Source: an uncultured Acidobacteriota bacterium
GTDB taxonomy: Bacteria; Acidobacteriota; Terriglobia; Terriglobales; Acidobacteriaceae
Reading direction: 5' to 3'
Assembly (NCBI GenBank): GCA_963800405.1
Contig: CAWDBW010000071.1
Span: 557 to 64,556 of the forward strand
DNA: 64,000 bases
The position numbers were made by a program, and so were the translations under genes. Numbering within the stretch: the first letter of the stretch is position 1; the number at the start of each line of letters is the position of its first letter. The notes under the pieces were generated by a model that did no database searches, was not told where the DNA came from, and was given only the letters and a program-made list of their open reading frames with translations. Below, piece after piece: positions 27,066 through 36,191 of this stretch.

Positions 27066-27103
27066 AGTGAAAACGCCCAGGCTCATCTCGTGAGTCTGGG
27101 CGT
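27066..27103 (-). terminator. Intrinsic terminator downstream of the GloVer-repeat gene
   Basis: Minus strand: ACGCCCAGACUCA-CGAGA-UGAGCCUGGGCGU followed by UUUUCAC. Confidence 0.7.
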
Positions 27104-27138
27104 CTCTTTAATTAAGCTTCCCGTTCCAGCCGGAGCTT

Positions 27139-28785
27139 CTAATTGACGGTGAAGTTGGTGGAACTGCTGACGCCGCCACCTTTTGTGGTCACGACGATTT
27201 TGCCGGTCGCGGCTCCGGCGGGAACGGTGGCGGTGATTTCGGAATCGGAGACCACCGTGAACGGCGCCGCTATTTTGTCGATCGTCACCTTCGTGGTTTG
27301 AGTCAGGCCGGTGCCGTTGAAGGTCACTACGGTTCCGACTGGGCCACTCGGGGGCGTGAAGCTTTTGTAGGTCGGCGTGATCTTGTAGATGGCGGGGGTC
27401 GACAACACCGTGGATCCAGTGGTCACGGTGACGTGGCCGGTTAGTGCGCCCGTTGGGACCGTAGCTAGAATGTAGGTGGTGCCGGTGAGTTGTGTGGCGG
27501 TCGCTGGTGTGCCTCCGAACTCAACCACAGACTCCGAGCTGAAACCCTGGCCCAGAATGCCGACCTGTGCTCCTACTCCGCCGGACGTCACATTCACCAG
27601 GGAGATGAAGGGCTTATAGCCATTGCTCAGGCTGTAGAACGAGCCAACGCCCTTCCCGCCCTGCTCGGTCGTGCTGTAAAACGTGCCGTTGGTGGAAAGC
27701 AAGAGCGGAGCCTCGGGCTGGCCGCAGTTCGAGCAAACGAGCGGGTAGAGATAAAGATTCTCGTACGCGCCCTTGGTGGTGATGTCGAAGAGTCCGGCTT
27801 GCGCGCAGCCCCCGCCCGCGCAATCCGTTGCGGCGCCAAACAACAGGCCATCCGGCCCCTGCGTCAACGGCAACGTAGGATAGGCGCCGTCCGTCTGATT
27901 GGGGAAGCTGTAGAGCACCGTCTCTTTGCCCCCCGCGGTGATCTCGAAAATGGTTCCTTCCCCCGCACTGCCGCCCTCATAGGTGGTTCCATAGAAGTCG
28001 CCATTGGAGCCCTGAATCAGATTGGCATTCGGGTACGCGCCATTCGGGAATTCGCCATCCGCGTTGGCCTGGAACGTGTATACCAGCGACTCCTTGCCCG
28101 CGAGCGTGATTTTGAATATTCCGCCATGGCTGATGATCCAGCCGTTTCCCACCCCCCATAAGACGCCGTCAGTGCCTTCGATCAAGCCGTAGGGCAACAC
28201 CGTGTCGTTCGGCGGACCCTGGAAGTTGTACAGCACGCTGTACGCTCCGGCCAGCGTAAGCTTGTACACCGTTCCGGAATTATTTGCCCCGCATAAAGCT
28301 GTGGTTCCGTAAAAGTCTCCGTTACTGGCCTGGATCGGGGGCGCGTAGGGCTCGCATCCGTCGGTGGTCGATCCATAGGCTGCGAAGTTGTGCAACACGG
28401 TCAAGTTGCCAGCGGGCGTCACTTTGAAAAGCGTGCCGTAACTGTTGGCTCCCCCATTCTGACAGGCGCCGTAGAAATTGCCATCGGTGCCCAGAGTCAG
28501 GCCGCTGCATGTCGTTCCGTCCGATTGCGCCATCGGGTGCAAGCTGGTGAGCGCTCCCTCGGAGCTGATTTTGTAAATCGCGCCCTGGTTCGCGGGACCT
28601 CCGCCGGACAGGGTAATTCCGTAGAAGTTTCCGTCTTGTCCCTGCGCCATCACGCCCGCAGGAAGATTTGGGTTCGTCCCGCTGCTGAACTCGTAAATCG
28701 TGCTCACCGTTTGCGCCGGCGCAGCGATCGATATCGCCACCAGGAATATGCCCGCGAGAAGCTTTGCCTTGAGAACTGTAGTCAT
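27139..28785 (-). CDS. Secreted GloVer (Gloeo_Verruco) tandem-repeat protein with C-terminal IPT/TIG domains
   Basis: Repeated ~45-aa units of the form L(Y/H)xF...DG..P...LIQ..DGNFYGTT..GG..G.GT(I/V)FK(I/L)T. Two IPT-like modules at the C-terminus (...GPVGTVVTFNGTGL...TATVPAGAATGKIVVTT). Confidence 0.8.
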   Translation of the reverse strand: MTTVLKAKLLAGIFLVAISIAAPAQTVSTIYEFSSGTNPNLPAGVMAQGQDGNFYGITLSGGGPANQGAIYKISSEGALTSLHPMAQSDGTTCSGLTLGTDGNFYGACQNGGANSYGTLFKVTPAGNLTVLHNFAAYGSTTDGCEPYAPPIQASNGDFYGTTALCGANNSGTVYKLTLAGAYSVLYNFQGPPNDTVLPYGLIEGTDGVLWGVGNGWIISHGGIFKITLAGKESLVYTFQANADGEFPNGAYPNANLIQGSNGDFYGTTYEGGSAGEGTIFEITAGGKETVLYSFPNQTDGAYPTLPLTQGPDGLLFGAATDCAGGGCAQAGLFDITTKGAYENLYLYPLVCSNCGQPEAPLLLSTNGTFYSTTEQGGKGVGSFYSLSNGYKPFISLVNVTSGGVGAQVGILGQGFSSESVVEFGGTPATATQLTGTTYILATVPTGALTGHVTVTTGSTVLSTPAIYKITPTYKSFTPPSGPVGTVVTFNGTGLTQTTKVTIDKIAAPFTVVSDSEITATVPAGAATGKIVVTTKGGGVSSSTNFTVN

Positions 28786-29079
28786 TAGTTTTCTCCTGAA
28801 ATTTGATTCGAAGTTCTGCCGCTATGGCTTAAGGGTCGCCCGTCAGTGTTTCTGTTTTCCGGCGCGGGCCGCTCGCCCACTGGCACGCCGACTATCACCT
28901 GAATCTGGGCCTGGGGTAAAGCGACCGCTCGGCTACGTCCAAGCGACGAGATATTTCATTTACCTACAATGGGTTGCAAAAAGTTCTTGTCTGGAGGAGT
29001 ACCCCGAAAGTGCTAGTCCAGCGGGGCTTTCCTCGGTGATAGACTTGGGAACCGTCCTCCCCTGGGAACGTCGACGCTT

Positions 29080-30672
29080 ATGGCTGAGTCCAGCGAACCC
29101 CAGACCGTTGTACGCTTCGGTGTATTTGAGGCGGACTTGCGCGCGGGGGATCTGCGGAAGAAAGGAATCAGGGTCAAGATTCAGGACCTACCCTTTCGTG
29201 CGCTCGGAGTCCTGCTCAGCCGGCCCAATGAAGTCGTGACGCGCGAAGAATTCCGGCAGGCACTCTGGCCGCAGGATGTTTTTGTCGATTTTGACCGTGC
29301 CATCAGCAGCGCCATCAAGCGCCTGCGCGATGCCCTGGGCGACCCCGCTCAGAATCCGATCTTTATCGAAACCGTCGAGCGCCGCGGATACCGGTGGATC
29401 GCTCCGACCTCTGGAGTGCCGGCTTCGAGCCCAGTCACGCCGCATGCGTCCGATGCGCGTAAGGCGGAGTTAGCGCCGGCCGTAAGTTCGGCAGCCGTTA
29501 CCGATCGTCTGATTTCGCCACCGGTGATTTCGCCACCGAGGTTTTCGTTTCCATCGCGAAAGTTTGAGTATGCGGCGCTTGTCTTGGCGCCACTGTTGGT
29601 GGCGGGGATCATGCTCTTCGGGTTTCACGGAATCAAGGCCGCCGGCCATTCGCCGCATGCGGCTGCGAATGCCAGGTTGCATCCGGCGAATCAGGAAGCC
29701 AAGGATCTTTATCTGCAGGGCCGCTACTACTGGAACAAGCGCACGCCCGACGATCTGCAAAAGGCGGTGGACGATTTCACCCAGGCGATTGTGCACGATC
29801 CGGGATACTCGGACGCCTATGTTGGACTGGCGGACTGCTACAACCTGCTGCGCGAATACAGCACGATGAAGAGTAGCGAAGCCTATCCGCGGGCGCTGGC
29901 GGCGGCGCGCAAAGCGGTTGAGCTCGATGACAATTCATCGCAGGCGCACGCTTCGTTGGCATATGTTTCGTTTTGGGGAATGTGGGACGCTGCGACCGCT
30001 GATCGCGAATTTCGCCGTGCCATTGAGCTCGACCCGAACAACGCCAATGCCCACCATTGGTATTCTCCGGTGCTGGGAACGATGGGCCGCTACCCGGAGG
30101 CCCTGACGGAAATTGAGCGCGCGCAGGCCCTCGACCCCACCTCCAAGTCGGTGCTGGCGGACAAGGGGATCATCTTGTATGGGATGGGGCGGCGACAGGA
30201 GGCGCTTGACCTGCTGCGGCAAATGGAAAAGGCCGAACCGGGGTTCGTATCCCCACCCCGCTACCTGGAGAGAATTTATCTGGGCATGGGCGACTATCCG
30301 AACTATCTGGTGGAGTTGAAAAAGAGGGCGGTACTAAGCCATGACAGCGCGGCGCTGGCTGTGGCCTCGGCCGCCGAGAAGGGATATGCAGCTGGCGGAG
30401 CGCACGCCATGTTCGAGAACATACGCAATGAACAGCAAAAGCTCTACGATCTGGGAAAATTTTCGCCCCTGGCCCTGTCCGAGACCTGCGCCCTCGAAGG
30501 CAATAAGCGGGACGCCTTGAAGTACCTGAAAATCGCTTACGATCAGCACGAGGATGACGTTGTCGGCCTCGCGGGGAACCGCTTGTTCGACAGCCTGCAC
30601 GACGATCCGGAAATGCAGCGAATTCTGGCCGAAGTTAAGATCCAGCGCGCCCCGGGGGCTGGACAGAACTGA
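29080..30672 (+). CDS. CadC/OmpR-type winged-helix DNA-binding domain + TM segment + TPR-repeat sensor-like regulator
   Basis: N-terminus VRFGVFEADLRAGDLRKKGIRVKIQDLPFRALGVLLSRPNEVVTREEF...IETVERRGYRWIAP. One TM helix (YAALVLAPLLVAGIMLFGF). TPR units follow. Confidence 0.85.
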   Translation: MAESSEPQTVVRFGVFEADLRAGDLRKKGIRVKIQDLPFRALGVLLSRPNEVVTREEFRQALWPQDVFVDFDRAISSAIKRLRDALGDPAQNPIFIETVERRGYRWIAPTSGVPASSPVTPHASDARKAELAPAVSSAAVTDRLISPPVISPPRFSFPSRKFEYAALVLAPLLVAGIMLFGFHGIKAAGHSPHAAANARLHPANQEAKDLYLQGRYYWNKRTPDDLQKAVDDFTQAIVHDPGYSDAYVGLADCYNLLREYSTMKSSEAYPRALAAARKAVELDDNSSQAHASLAYVSFWGMWDAATADREFRRAIELDPNNANAHHWYSPVLGTMGRYPEALTEIERAQALDPTSKSVLADKGIILYGMGRRQEALDLLRQMEKAEPGFVSPPRYLERIYLGMGDYPNYLVELKKRAVLSHDSAALAVASAAEKGYAAGGAHAMFENIRNEQQKLYDLGKFSPLALSETCALEGNKRDALKYLKIAYDQHEDDVVGLAGNRLFDSLHDDPEMQRILAEVKIQRAPGAGQN

Positions 30673-30842
30673 GTTGCGCAGGCGTTGACCCTTGCACCAG
30701 AGATGTCAGCACGACGCAGAGAAGCTACATCAGGACGGTGCCCAAGCTGTGACCGACGCCATGAATCAGTTGGAGGCAAGAATAGCTCGTGCAGCAGTTA
30801 TGCAGCAGGCCGCGGTGAACTGATCGCAAGTGCTTGAAAGAA

Positions 30843-30887
30843 TGGAGCCGACGAGCGGACTTGAACCGCTGACCTGCCGATTACGAA
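30843..30887. repeat. attL: 45-bp copy of the 3' part of tRNA-Thr (anticodon loop to CCA)
   Basis: tggagccgacgagcggacttgaaccgctgacctgccgattacgaa, identical to 47297-47341. Flanking bases differ. Confidence 0.9.
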
Positions 30888-31009
30888 GTTAGCAGCCACT
30901 ACCCCGCCCCATTAAGATTCATACAGATACGACCCGCCCAGCCGCGTTGAATGGGGACGTTCGGCGTTGGTCGGGGTGGTTTTGTGGGCCACAATGTGGG
31001 CCAGTCTTT

Positions 31010-31222
31010 TTATTTCGGGCTCGCCCAGCGCGGGGTTGTCCTCAACGCCTCAAGTTGAGCATACGTCACGGGCGGCGACGAGAAGGACATGAAATCCTCG
31101 GTCGTGGTCACGACCGCGCGCTCGACCTGCTGAAACAAAGTGACGGCAGCCGTCAGCGTGACGAGCACACTGCCAACCTTCTTCCACAAAGAGGCTTTGC
31201 GACGTTTACGCTGGGGCGTCAT
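31010..31222 (-). CDS. Small protein with one predicted TM helix (island cargo)
   Basis: 70 aa, basic N-terminus MTPQRKRRKASLWKK followed by VGSVLVTLTAAVTLF. Confidence 0.4.
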   Translation of the reverse strand: MTPQRKRRKASLWKKVGSVLVTLTAAVTLFQQVERAVVTTTEDFMSFSSPPVTYAQLEALRTTPRWASPK

Positions 31223-31241
31223 CCCCCGATTCTACACCCGG

Positions 31242-31532
31242 TCACTTCCCCGCGCTGGCGGATTTGCTCTTCTTCTTTCCCTTCGGCGGCACGATAACGG
31301 CCTGCTCGATAAGGACAGTGGAAAGGTCCCCGAAGTCACCAACCCCGATGTGCATTTGTAGGTTATCCAGCGCGCGCACTAAGTCGCCGAGTTGCTCGCC
31401 CAATACACCGCCCTCGTCGTACTCGGGGCGGTCGGTGCCGTACAGCGTCCGCAACAACTCTTCGAGCACTTGGCACGCACGACCAACCTCACGCGCAGCC
31501 ATGTCCTGAACACTCAACTTCTTCTTCGCCAT
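31242..31532 (-). CDS. Hypothetical protein (island cargo), Lys-rich C-terminus
   Basis: 96-aa ORF with an ATG start, 20 nt upstream of the TM-protein gene. Confidence 0.45.
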   Translation of the reverse strand: MAKKKLSVQDMAAREVGRACQVLEELLRTLYGTDRPEYDEGGVLGEQLGDLVRALDNLQMHIGVGDFGDLSTVLIEQAVIVPPKGKKKSKSASAGK

Positions 31533-31614
31533 CGGTGTTCCCTCCAGTTTGTGACGTTAAAAGAGGCGGGCGCGGAGCGGCAAGTTACCGTAGTGTGCAG
31601 AATGGATAAAGTTG

Positions 31615-31670
31615 GGGCCACGGGTGACTTCAGGCGCGTGAGGAAGGCTGGGGTGGGCCGCCGATACCAC
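31615..31670. repeat. 56-bp direct repeat, copy A (partner at 33573-33628, 2 mismatches)
   Basis: gggccacgGgtgacttcaggcgcgtgaggaAggctggggtgggccgccgataccac. Lies 20 nt downstream of the nuclease-like gene stop. Confidence 0.85.
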
Positions 31671-31690
31671 TTCGAAACCGAGCTGATGAC

Positions 31691-32581
31691 TCAGGAGGAT
31701 TGCAGGACCAGAAGTTTCACGTTCACGGTACCGTCCTTTGTCTTTCTCTCGCCCTCCAGGTCCTTCTTCAATCCCTCGGCGTTTCTTATGAGGTGTTGGG
31801 GGTCGTAGACGACGCACCACAGGGCATCGCACTCCGGGTGCTTTCGATAGTGCTCAATGTCGATAATTAGCTCGTTGCCAATCTTCGTGGCGTGGTTCGC
31901 ATCACGCACGAACTTCAGCTCAATCACGAGCCTGTGTGCGGGAAGAAGGAAATCCATCCGCGTGCTGGAGCCAGCCAAGCTGGGTGTGAACTCCTCGGGC
32001 CTGATGTCAGCGACCCACGGGCGCAACAGCGCGTGCAGCAAATCCTGAACGTCATACTCCGTGGAGAAGGTCAGGGCGACCGCGCCTTTCCGCCTTTGCG
32101 TCAACGGATGCATCGCTCTCCGAAGGTTCTTCAAGAGAACCAGCAGCAGCTCGTCGATGTCGCCGGGCTTCCTCGGGCCGCGCGCGCTGGCCGATGCAGG
32201 GTACGCCTCCTCTGGCGGTTGGCCGCTCGGCAACACGCGACCGCCACGGTAGTAGCGAAAGCCGTTCTCCTCTAACACCTTGACCACGCGCGCCCGGTCC
32301 TTCTTCCAGTCGCTGACTGAGTAGTCGTCGTTCGGGTCATCATCGTCCGGTTCGACGTCCATGAACTCTTCGAGGATGTTGCCCAGAACCGTGAGGCTGT
32401 CGACTGCGGGGTCGCTCCCCGCACGAAAAAGCCAATCTTTCCATTTGGTCGCGTGAGAAAGATTCGAGGGTTCGCCGGGTGCGCCCGACGAAACGAACAG
32501 AGCTTCGAGATTTGCGTGGGACCCACGCAGGACGGAGGCGACGGCGGCGCATACACCTCTCGACAATCGAACGTTCGTCAT
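31691..32581 (-). CDS. PD-(D/E)xK nuclease-fold protein with an uncharacterised N-terminal domain (candidate defence/Abi effector)
   Basis: C-terminal domain TEYDVQDLLHALLRPWVADIRPEEFTPSLAGSSTRMDFLLPAHRLVIELKFVRD has the E...D...ExK layout. Start taken at ATG 32581 (MTNVRLSRG...); the ORF is open to 32665. Confidence 0.6.
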   Translation of the reverse strand: MTNVRLSRGVCAAVASVLRGSHANLEALFVSSGAPGEPSNLSHATKWKDWLFRAGSDPAVDSLTVLGNILEEFMDVEPDDDDPNDDYSVSDWKKDRARVVKVLEENGFRYYRGGRVLPSGQPPEEAYPASASARGPRKPGDIDELLLVLLKNLRRAMHPLTQRRKGAVALTFSTEYDVQDLLHALLRPWVADIRPEEFTPSLAGSSTRMDFLLPAHRLVIELKFVRDANHATKIGNELIIDIEHYRKHPECDALWCVVYDPQHLIRNAEGLKKDLEGERKTKDGTVNVKLLVLQSS

Positions 32582-32714
32582 GCTCAGGAGTGATGCTACC
32601 AAACCAGTAGGCTTTACGCCCGGCATTGTGCCCTTAGTAAGTGTGTCTTTCGGTGCCCCGCACACTTACACACGGCACTTGCTTGGGTTTTGGGGCGGAG
32701 TGAACATCCGTCCC

Positions 32715-32999
32715 ATGATGAAAACCAAACAGCAAGCGGGCCGGGTCGGAGGGCAGGCGGTGACGCCTCGCAAATCCGAAGCGGCGCGGGAGAACGGGCA
32801 CCTCGGCGGACGCCCTTGCAAGGCCGCCATTACGTACAGCGAGGCCCGCACGCGGGTACTTGCGCTGGTCACGGACCTGAACACGATGCTGATGGAGCAC
32901 GCGGCCCGGCAGGAAAAGGACCCGACGAATTACGGGTACGCAGGCGACATGAATCACTACGCCGAGTTGCTCGAAGAACTTCTCGGTCGCCGCAAGTAA
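32715..32999 (+). CDS. Small basic protein with a GRVGG...AARENGHLGGRP motif (common in phage/plasmid accessory genes)
   Basis: ATG 32715 (MMKTKQQAGRVGGQAVTPRKSEAARENGHLGGRPCK...). Divergent from the nuclease-like gene. Confidence 0.5.
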   Translation: MMKTKQQAGRVGGQAVTPRKSEAARENGHLGGRPCKAAITYSEARTRVLALVTDLNTMLMEHAARQEKDPTNYGYAGDMNHYAELLEELLGRRK

Positions 33000-33069
33000 C
33001 GCGGGCCACGGGGCTGTTGAAGCAGCACCGTGACCCTTAACCAAGTACCGGGCGCGGAGGCCCGACAAA

Positions 33070-33363
33070 ATGGCTGTCACCAAGCATACCGCACGTCCAA
33101 TTTTCCACTACGTCCTGAAGAACCGCATCGTCGGCGGCGAGGTCTCGCTGCCAATCACGCGCGAAGAGGCGAGGCGGATAATCCGCAAGTGGTCGGTAGC
33201 GTTGCGGCACAGGCAGCGCGGTCACCGTACCCTTTTCCTGCTGGAAGTTCACCGGGGGCGGAAGTGGGACCGCCTGACTCTGGAAACACATCATCACAGA
33301 ACGCGGAAAAGGGTCATGGCGGAGGATTCCGCATGTGCTTCGAAGAAGTGGGTGACGGAATGA
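33070..33363 (+). CDS. Hypothetical basic protein
   Basis: 97-aa ORF. Its stop overlaps the start of the next ORF (ATGA at 33360-33363). Confidence 0.4.
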   Translation: MAVTKHTARPIFHYVLKNRIVGGEVSLPITREEARRIIRKWSVALRHRQRGHRTLFLLEVHRGRKWDRLTLETHHHRTRKRVMAEDSACASKKWVTE

Positions 33364-33509
33364 CCACGCGCGAAACCGTTAACGGAAGGCTGGCGACCGT
33401 CTCTCACCTGACGGAGGCGTGGGTGCCTTGCGCGCCGAAGGACGCTTCCATCGTGAAAGTGGTATTCGATGACGGGGAGGTACTCTTCGGCTTCGTAAAG
33501 GAGCACTGA
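33360..33509 (+). CDS. Hypothetical 49-aa protein, translationally coupled to 33070-33363
   Basis: MTTRETVNGRLATVSHLTEAWVPCAPKDASIVKVVFDDGEVLFGFVKEH. Confidence 0.35.
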   Translation: MTTRETVNGRLATVSHLTEAWVPCAPKDASIVKVVFDDGEVLFGFVKEH

Positions 33510-33572
33510 CGGGTCAGGCAAGCCCCACGGCCTCCGGTTCGCGCCGGGGGCCTTTCCCGTTTTGCGAACGCC

Positions 33573-33628
33573 GGGCCACGTGTGACTTCAGGCGCGTGAG
33601 GATGGCTGGGGTGGGCCGCCGATACCAC
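33573..33628. repeat. 56-bp direct repeat, copy B
   Basis: gggccacgTgtgacttcaggcgcgtgaggaTggctggggtgggccgccgataccac. Ends 3 nt before the stop codon of 33632-34717. Confidence 0.85.
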
Positions 33629-33631
33629 CGC

Positions 33632-34717
33632 TTACGACTTGGTCACCAGCAACGCTTCCTTGTCACCAATCCCGCTCGTGCGGGTCAGCAGAAACAACAC
33701 GGTGTCGCCGTTGCGTGCGGAGTAGGTTCGGTTCGCCTCGCTGACGCGCACGAGGGTGGTTTCGTCCGTGTGATTCCGAAGGTCCAGCGTCGGCGTGATA
33801 ATTCCCTCGCCGTTGCCGTTCGCTTCCAAGCCGGAGATGACTCCCGCGTACACGATGCCGTCGAATACGTGACCGAGGTCCCTGCTGGTGGGGAACAGCG
33901 TGGCCATCTGAGGCGCGGTCAACTGGTCGCCTGCGGAGTTCGCGGACAAGTCAGTCCCGTTAAAGCTTCCACCTCCTCCACCGCCCACGCCGATTGCGGT
34001 CGTGAGGTAGAAGGCTTGCCACAGCAGCGCGCCAACGCCGATGTTGTCACCCGTGGGTCCGCCGAAGTTCGTTTGCAGCGACGAGCTGGTCTCCACCAAC
34101 TGCGACTGCGCACCAATCGTGGCGGTCTTCGCGTTCAGGGTTGCGGTCGCCGCGCCGTCGAGCGTGTAACCAGATGACGTGTTTCCCGTCAGGAGCGCGG
34201 TGTCGGTCGTGAAGAGCGCGCCGACGCCCACGATGAATCCACCGTTGCCTTCCAGATACACGCCGGGGATGATGCTCGCGCCCGATAGCGGCTCGGTGAT
34301 TCCCGTCGCGGGCAGGCTGTAGTTTGCGGTCGATGCCGTGCTCAGCCCGTTCACCTCATAGCACGCGATGCCGACCTGACAGTTGCCTGCGGCTGAAATC
34401 GGCGCGAAGGTGAACGTCACCGATTCCGCTCCCGAGCTGGGCGTGATGGTAAAGACGCCGAGGAGGATGGTTTCATTGTCAGAAGCCGTTGGGTAGATTT
34501 CAACGATGGTCGGCGTCGAGCTGTTGCTTTGCGAATCCGTCACCGTGGCGAAGCCAGAGCCGTTCCCACCAAGGGACGCGCCGATACTGGCTGAGTAATC
34601 CACGGCCTGCACTGCGACGACGATTTTGTTCCCCGCTGTGATGTGCGAGGGGAAGGTTGCGGTAACCGTCGCTGCACCTGTGGCAAACGCGGTCACTTTC
34701 TGAACGATGCTGGACAT
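33632..34717 (-). CDS. Hypothetical Gly/Ser/Thr/Ala-rich protein (possible fibre/receptor-binding-like)
   Basis: 361 aa, beta-rich low-complexity composition with a GGGGGG tract. No recognisable motif. Confidence 0.55.
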   Translation of the reverse strand: MSSIVQKVTAFATGAATVTATFPSHITAGNKIVVAVQAVDYSASIGASLGGNGSGFATVTDSQSNSSTPTIVEIYPTASDNETILLGVFTITPSSGAESVTFTFAPISAAGNCQVGIACYEVNGLSTASTANYSLPATGITEPLSGASIIPGVYLEGNGGFIVGVGALFTTDTALLTGNTSSGYTLDGAATATLNAKTATIGAQSQLVETSSSLQTNFGGPTGDNIGVGALLWQAFYLTTAIGVGGGGGGSFNGTDLSANSAGDQLTAPQMATLFPTSRDLGHVFDGIVYAGVISGLEANGNGEGIITPTLDLRNHTDETTLVRVSEANRTYSARNGDTVLFLLTRTSGIGDKEALLVTKS

Positions 34718-34833
34718 GGTAAGGAAGCCCTCAGTGTCCCCGAAAGGTGTTAACCCCTTGCCGGGGAAAAAGCAGGCAGAGAAGGTCCTGACGAACCCCG
34801 ACGTGGTGGTCGTCTCCGTCCTGCGTTACGAAC

Positions 34834-35802
34834 TCAAGAAGCCTGCGCCTGCGAAGCCCCCGCGCCTGCGGTAGCTGGCCAGCCGTGCTCGGCGCGATAC
34901 CGGGCGATGAAGTCCTCGCGCTCCTTGCGGCGGTGGTAATACCTCCGCTTCTTCTCTGCATCAGCGGCGAGACGGGCACTGACGACGTCGTTCACGCCGG
35001 GCCGCATCACAATAATCTCCATCGTCGCCGGGTCCTGCTGCGGCGTCATCTGCTTGTAGGTCTTGTTGAGGCGGTGAAGAATCGCACGCACGTGCGGCGG
35101 TTTGAATCCGAACATTGCTCCGACGCCGACCGAATCCTGACCAACGTTGTAGGCTTGATAAAGCATCCCAAGGATGACGGCGGGCGCGTTCTCCTGCGTC
35201 AACCGAAGGTCGGTGTCGAGCGTTTCTATTGACCGCCTGAGCACACGCTGGCGGTCACCATCCACGTTCTTCGAAGCCACGAGTTCGTTGCAGAGTTCGT
35301 CCATCACCTTCAGCTTCGCGGGCAGCTTGGCACGCAGATGGTCACACGCGGTCTTCAACCGTTCGGCCTCTGTTCCCGTTGTCGACAGCCGCTGCTTTTT
35401 ACTGAAAGCGCGGGCTTCGAAGTACGCGACCAACACGGCGCGCACGGTCGATTGGTTTCGCGTCCATTCGGGAATGCCACGGCAGAGAGAACGTCTTCCG
35501 TGCCGGGCGGTGGACGTCTGCATGCGGGTGTAGTCCTCGAACGCAATTCCGTTCGAGACGATTTCACCGTCAGCCTCGACGTGAGCAGAGATGGGAACTT
35601 CGTGGCGGCCAAAAAACTGATGTGCTTCCGGTTCCGAACCGTGAGCGGCTGCGGGTGGGCAAAAAGTTATTGGGGTCATCAGAACACTGAGAAACTGTGA
35701 GGGGGTCTCCGCCAGCGCGCGGACAGTTTCTTCACGCGCGCCAACGGAAGGTTGAGAAATTGTTGGGGGCTTTCGGTCGCCCCCGGACCAACTCTTCTGC
35801 AT
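34834..35802 (-). CDS. Hypothetical protein with a possible HTH near residue 230 (GMLYQAYNVGQDSVGVGAMFGFKPPHVRAILHRLNK)
   Basis: 322-aa ORF. ATG 35679 is an alternative start. Confidence 0.5.
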   Translation of the reverse strand: MQKSWSGGDRKPPTISQPSVGAREETVRALAETPSQFLSVLMTPITFCPPAAAHGSEPEAHQFFGRHEVPISAHVEADGEIVSNGIAFEDYTRMQTSTARHGRRSLCRGIPEWTRNQSTVRAVLVAYFEARAFSKKQRLSTTGTEAERLKTACDHLRAKLPAKLKVMDELCNELVASKNVDGDRQRVLRRSIETLDTDLRLTQENAPAVILGMLYQAYNVGQDSVGVGAMFGFKPPHVRAILHRLNKTYKQMTPQQDPATMEIIVMRPGVNDVVSARLAADAEKKRRYYHRRKEREDFIARYRAEHGWPATAGAGASQAQAS

Positions 35803-35923
35803 TCCATCCGCAAGAGTCCCAGAGATGGTCGAGGCACGACCCGCACCGCGTTACCGCGTATGCTGGGTCCCCGCTCGACAACGGGCACGCCCCCAGCTCT
35901 CGCCGGGGGAACGTCGTAAAAAC

Positions 35924-36049
35924 TTATTTGCGGTTCGGGTTCGCGGGCGTCGGCGCGGGCGACTTGAACGGCAAGGGCGGCGCGGGTCGCACGCCGGAGT
36001 TCGGTTGCTGATATCCGTTGTCGGGATTCGGTTCGTTATTGATTTCCAT
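35924..36049 (-). CDS. 41-aa proline-rich micro-protein (paralog of 36192-36317)
   Basis: ATG 36049 preceded by AAGGAGA. MEINNEPNPDNGYQQPNSGVRPAPPLPFKSPAPTPANPNRK. Confidence 0.45.
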   Translation of the reverse strand: MEINNEPNPDNGYQQPNSGVRPAPPLPFKSPAPTPANPNRK

Positions 36050-36191
36050 GACGGAGTCTCCTTTTAATTTTGGGTCCGCAACCAGCCAGCCTCTCGACTT
36101 TGCTGGTTGCGGAGTTATCGCGCGGGGGCTCAGGAGAAAGCGGCCTCCGACTGCCCACGCTTCTTTTTGTCTCAGTCGGTAGACAAGCTTT

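Noticed and set aside
30843-30887. Possible tRNA gene at the left island border
   Set aside because: Only the 3' 45 nt of tRNA-Thr are present, with no acceptor 5' strand or D arm. It is the att duplication, not a gene.
31615-33628. Integron attC sites as an explanation for the 56-bp repeats
   Set aside because: No RYYYAAC/GTTRRRY core sites and no imperfect-palindrome attC architecture. No integron integrase is nearby.
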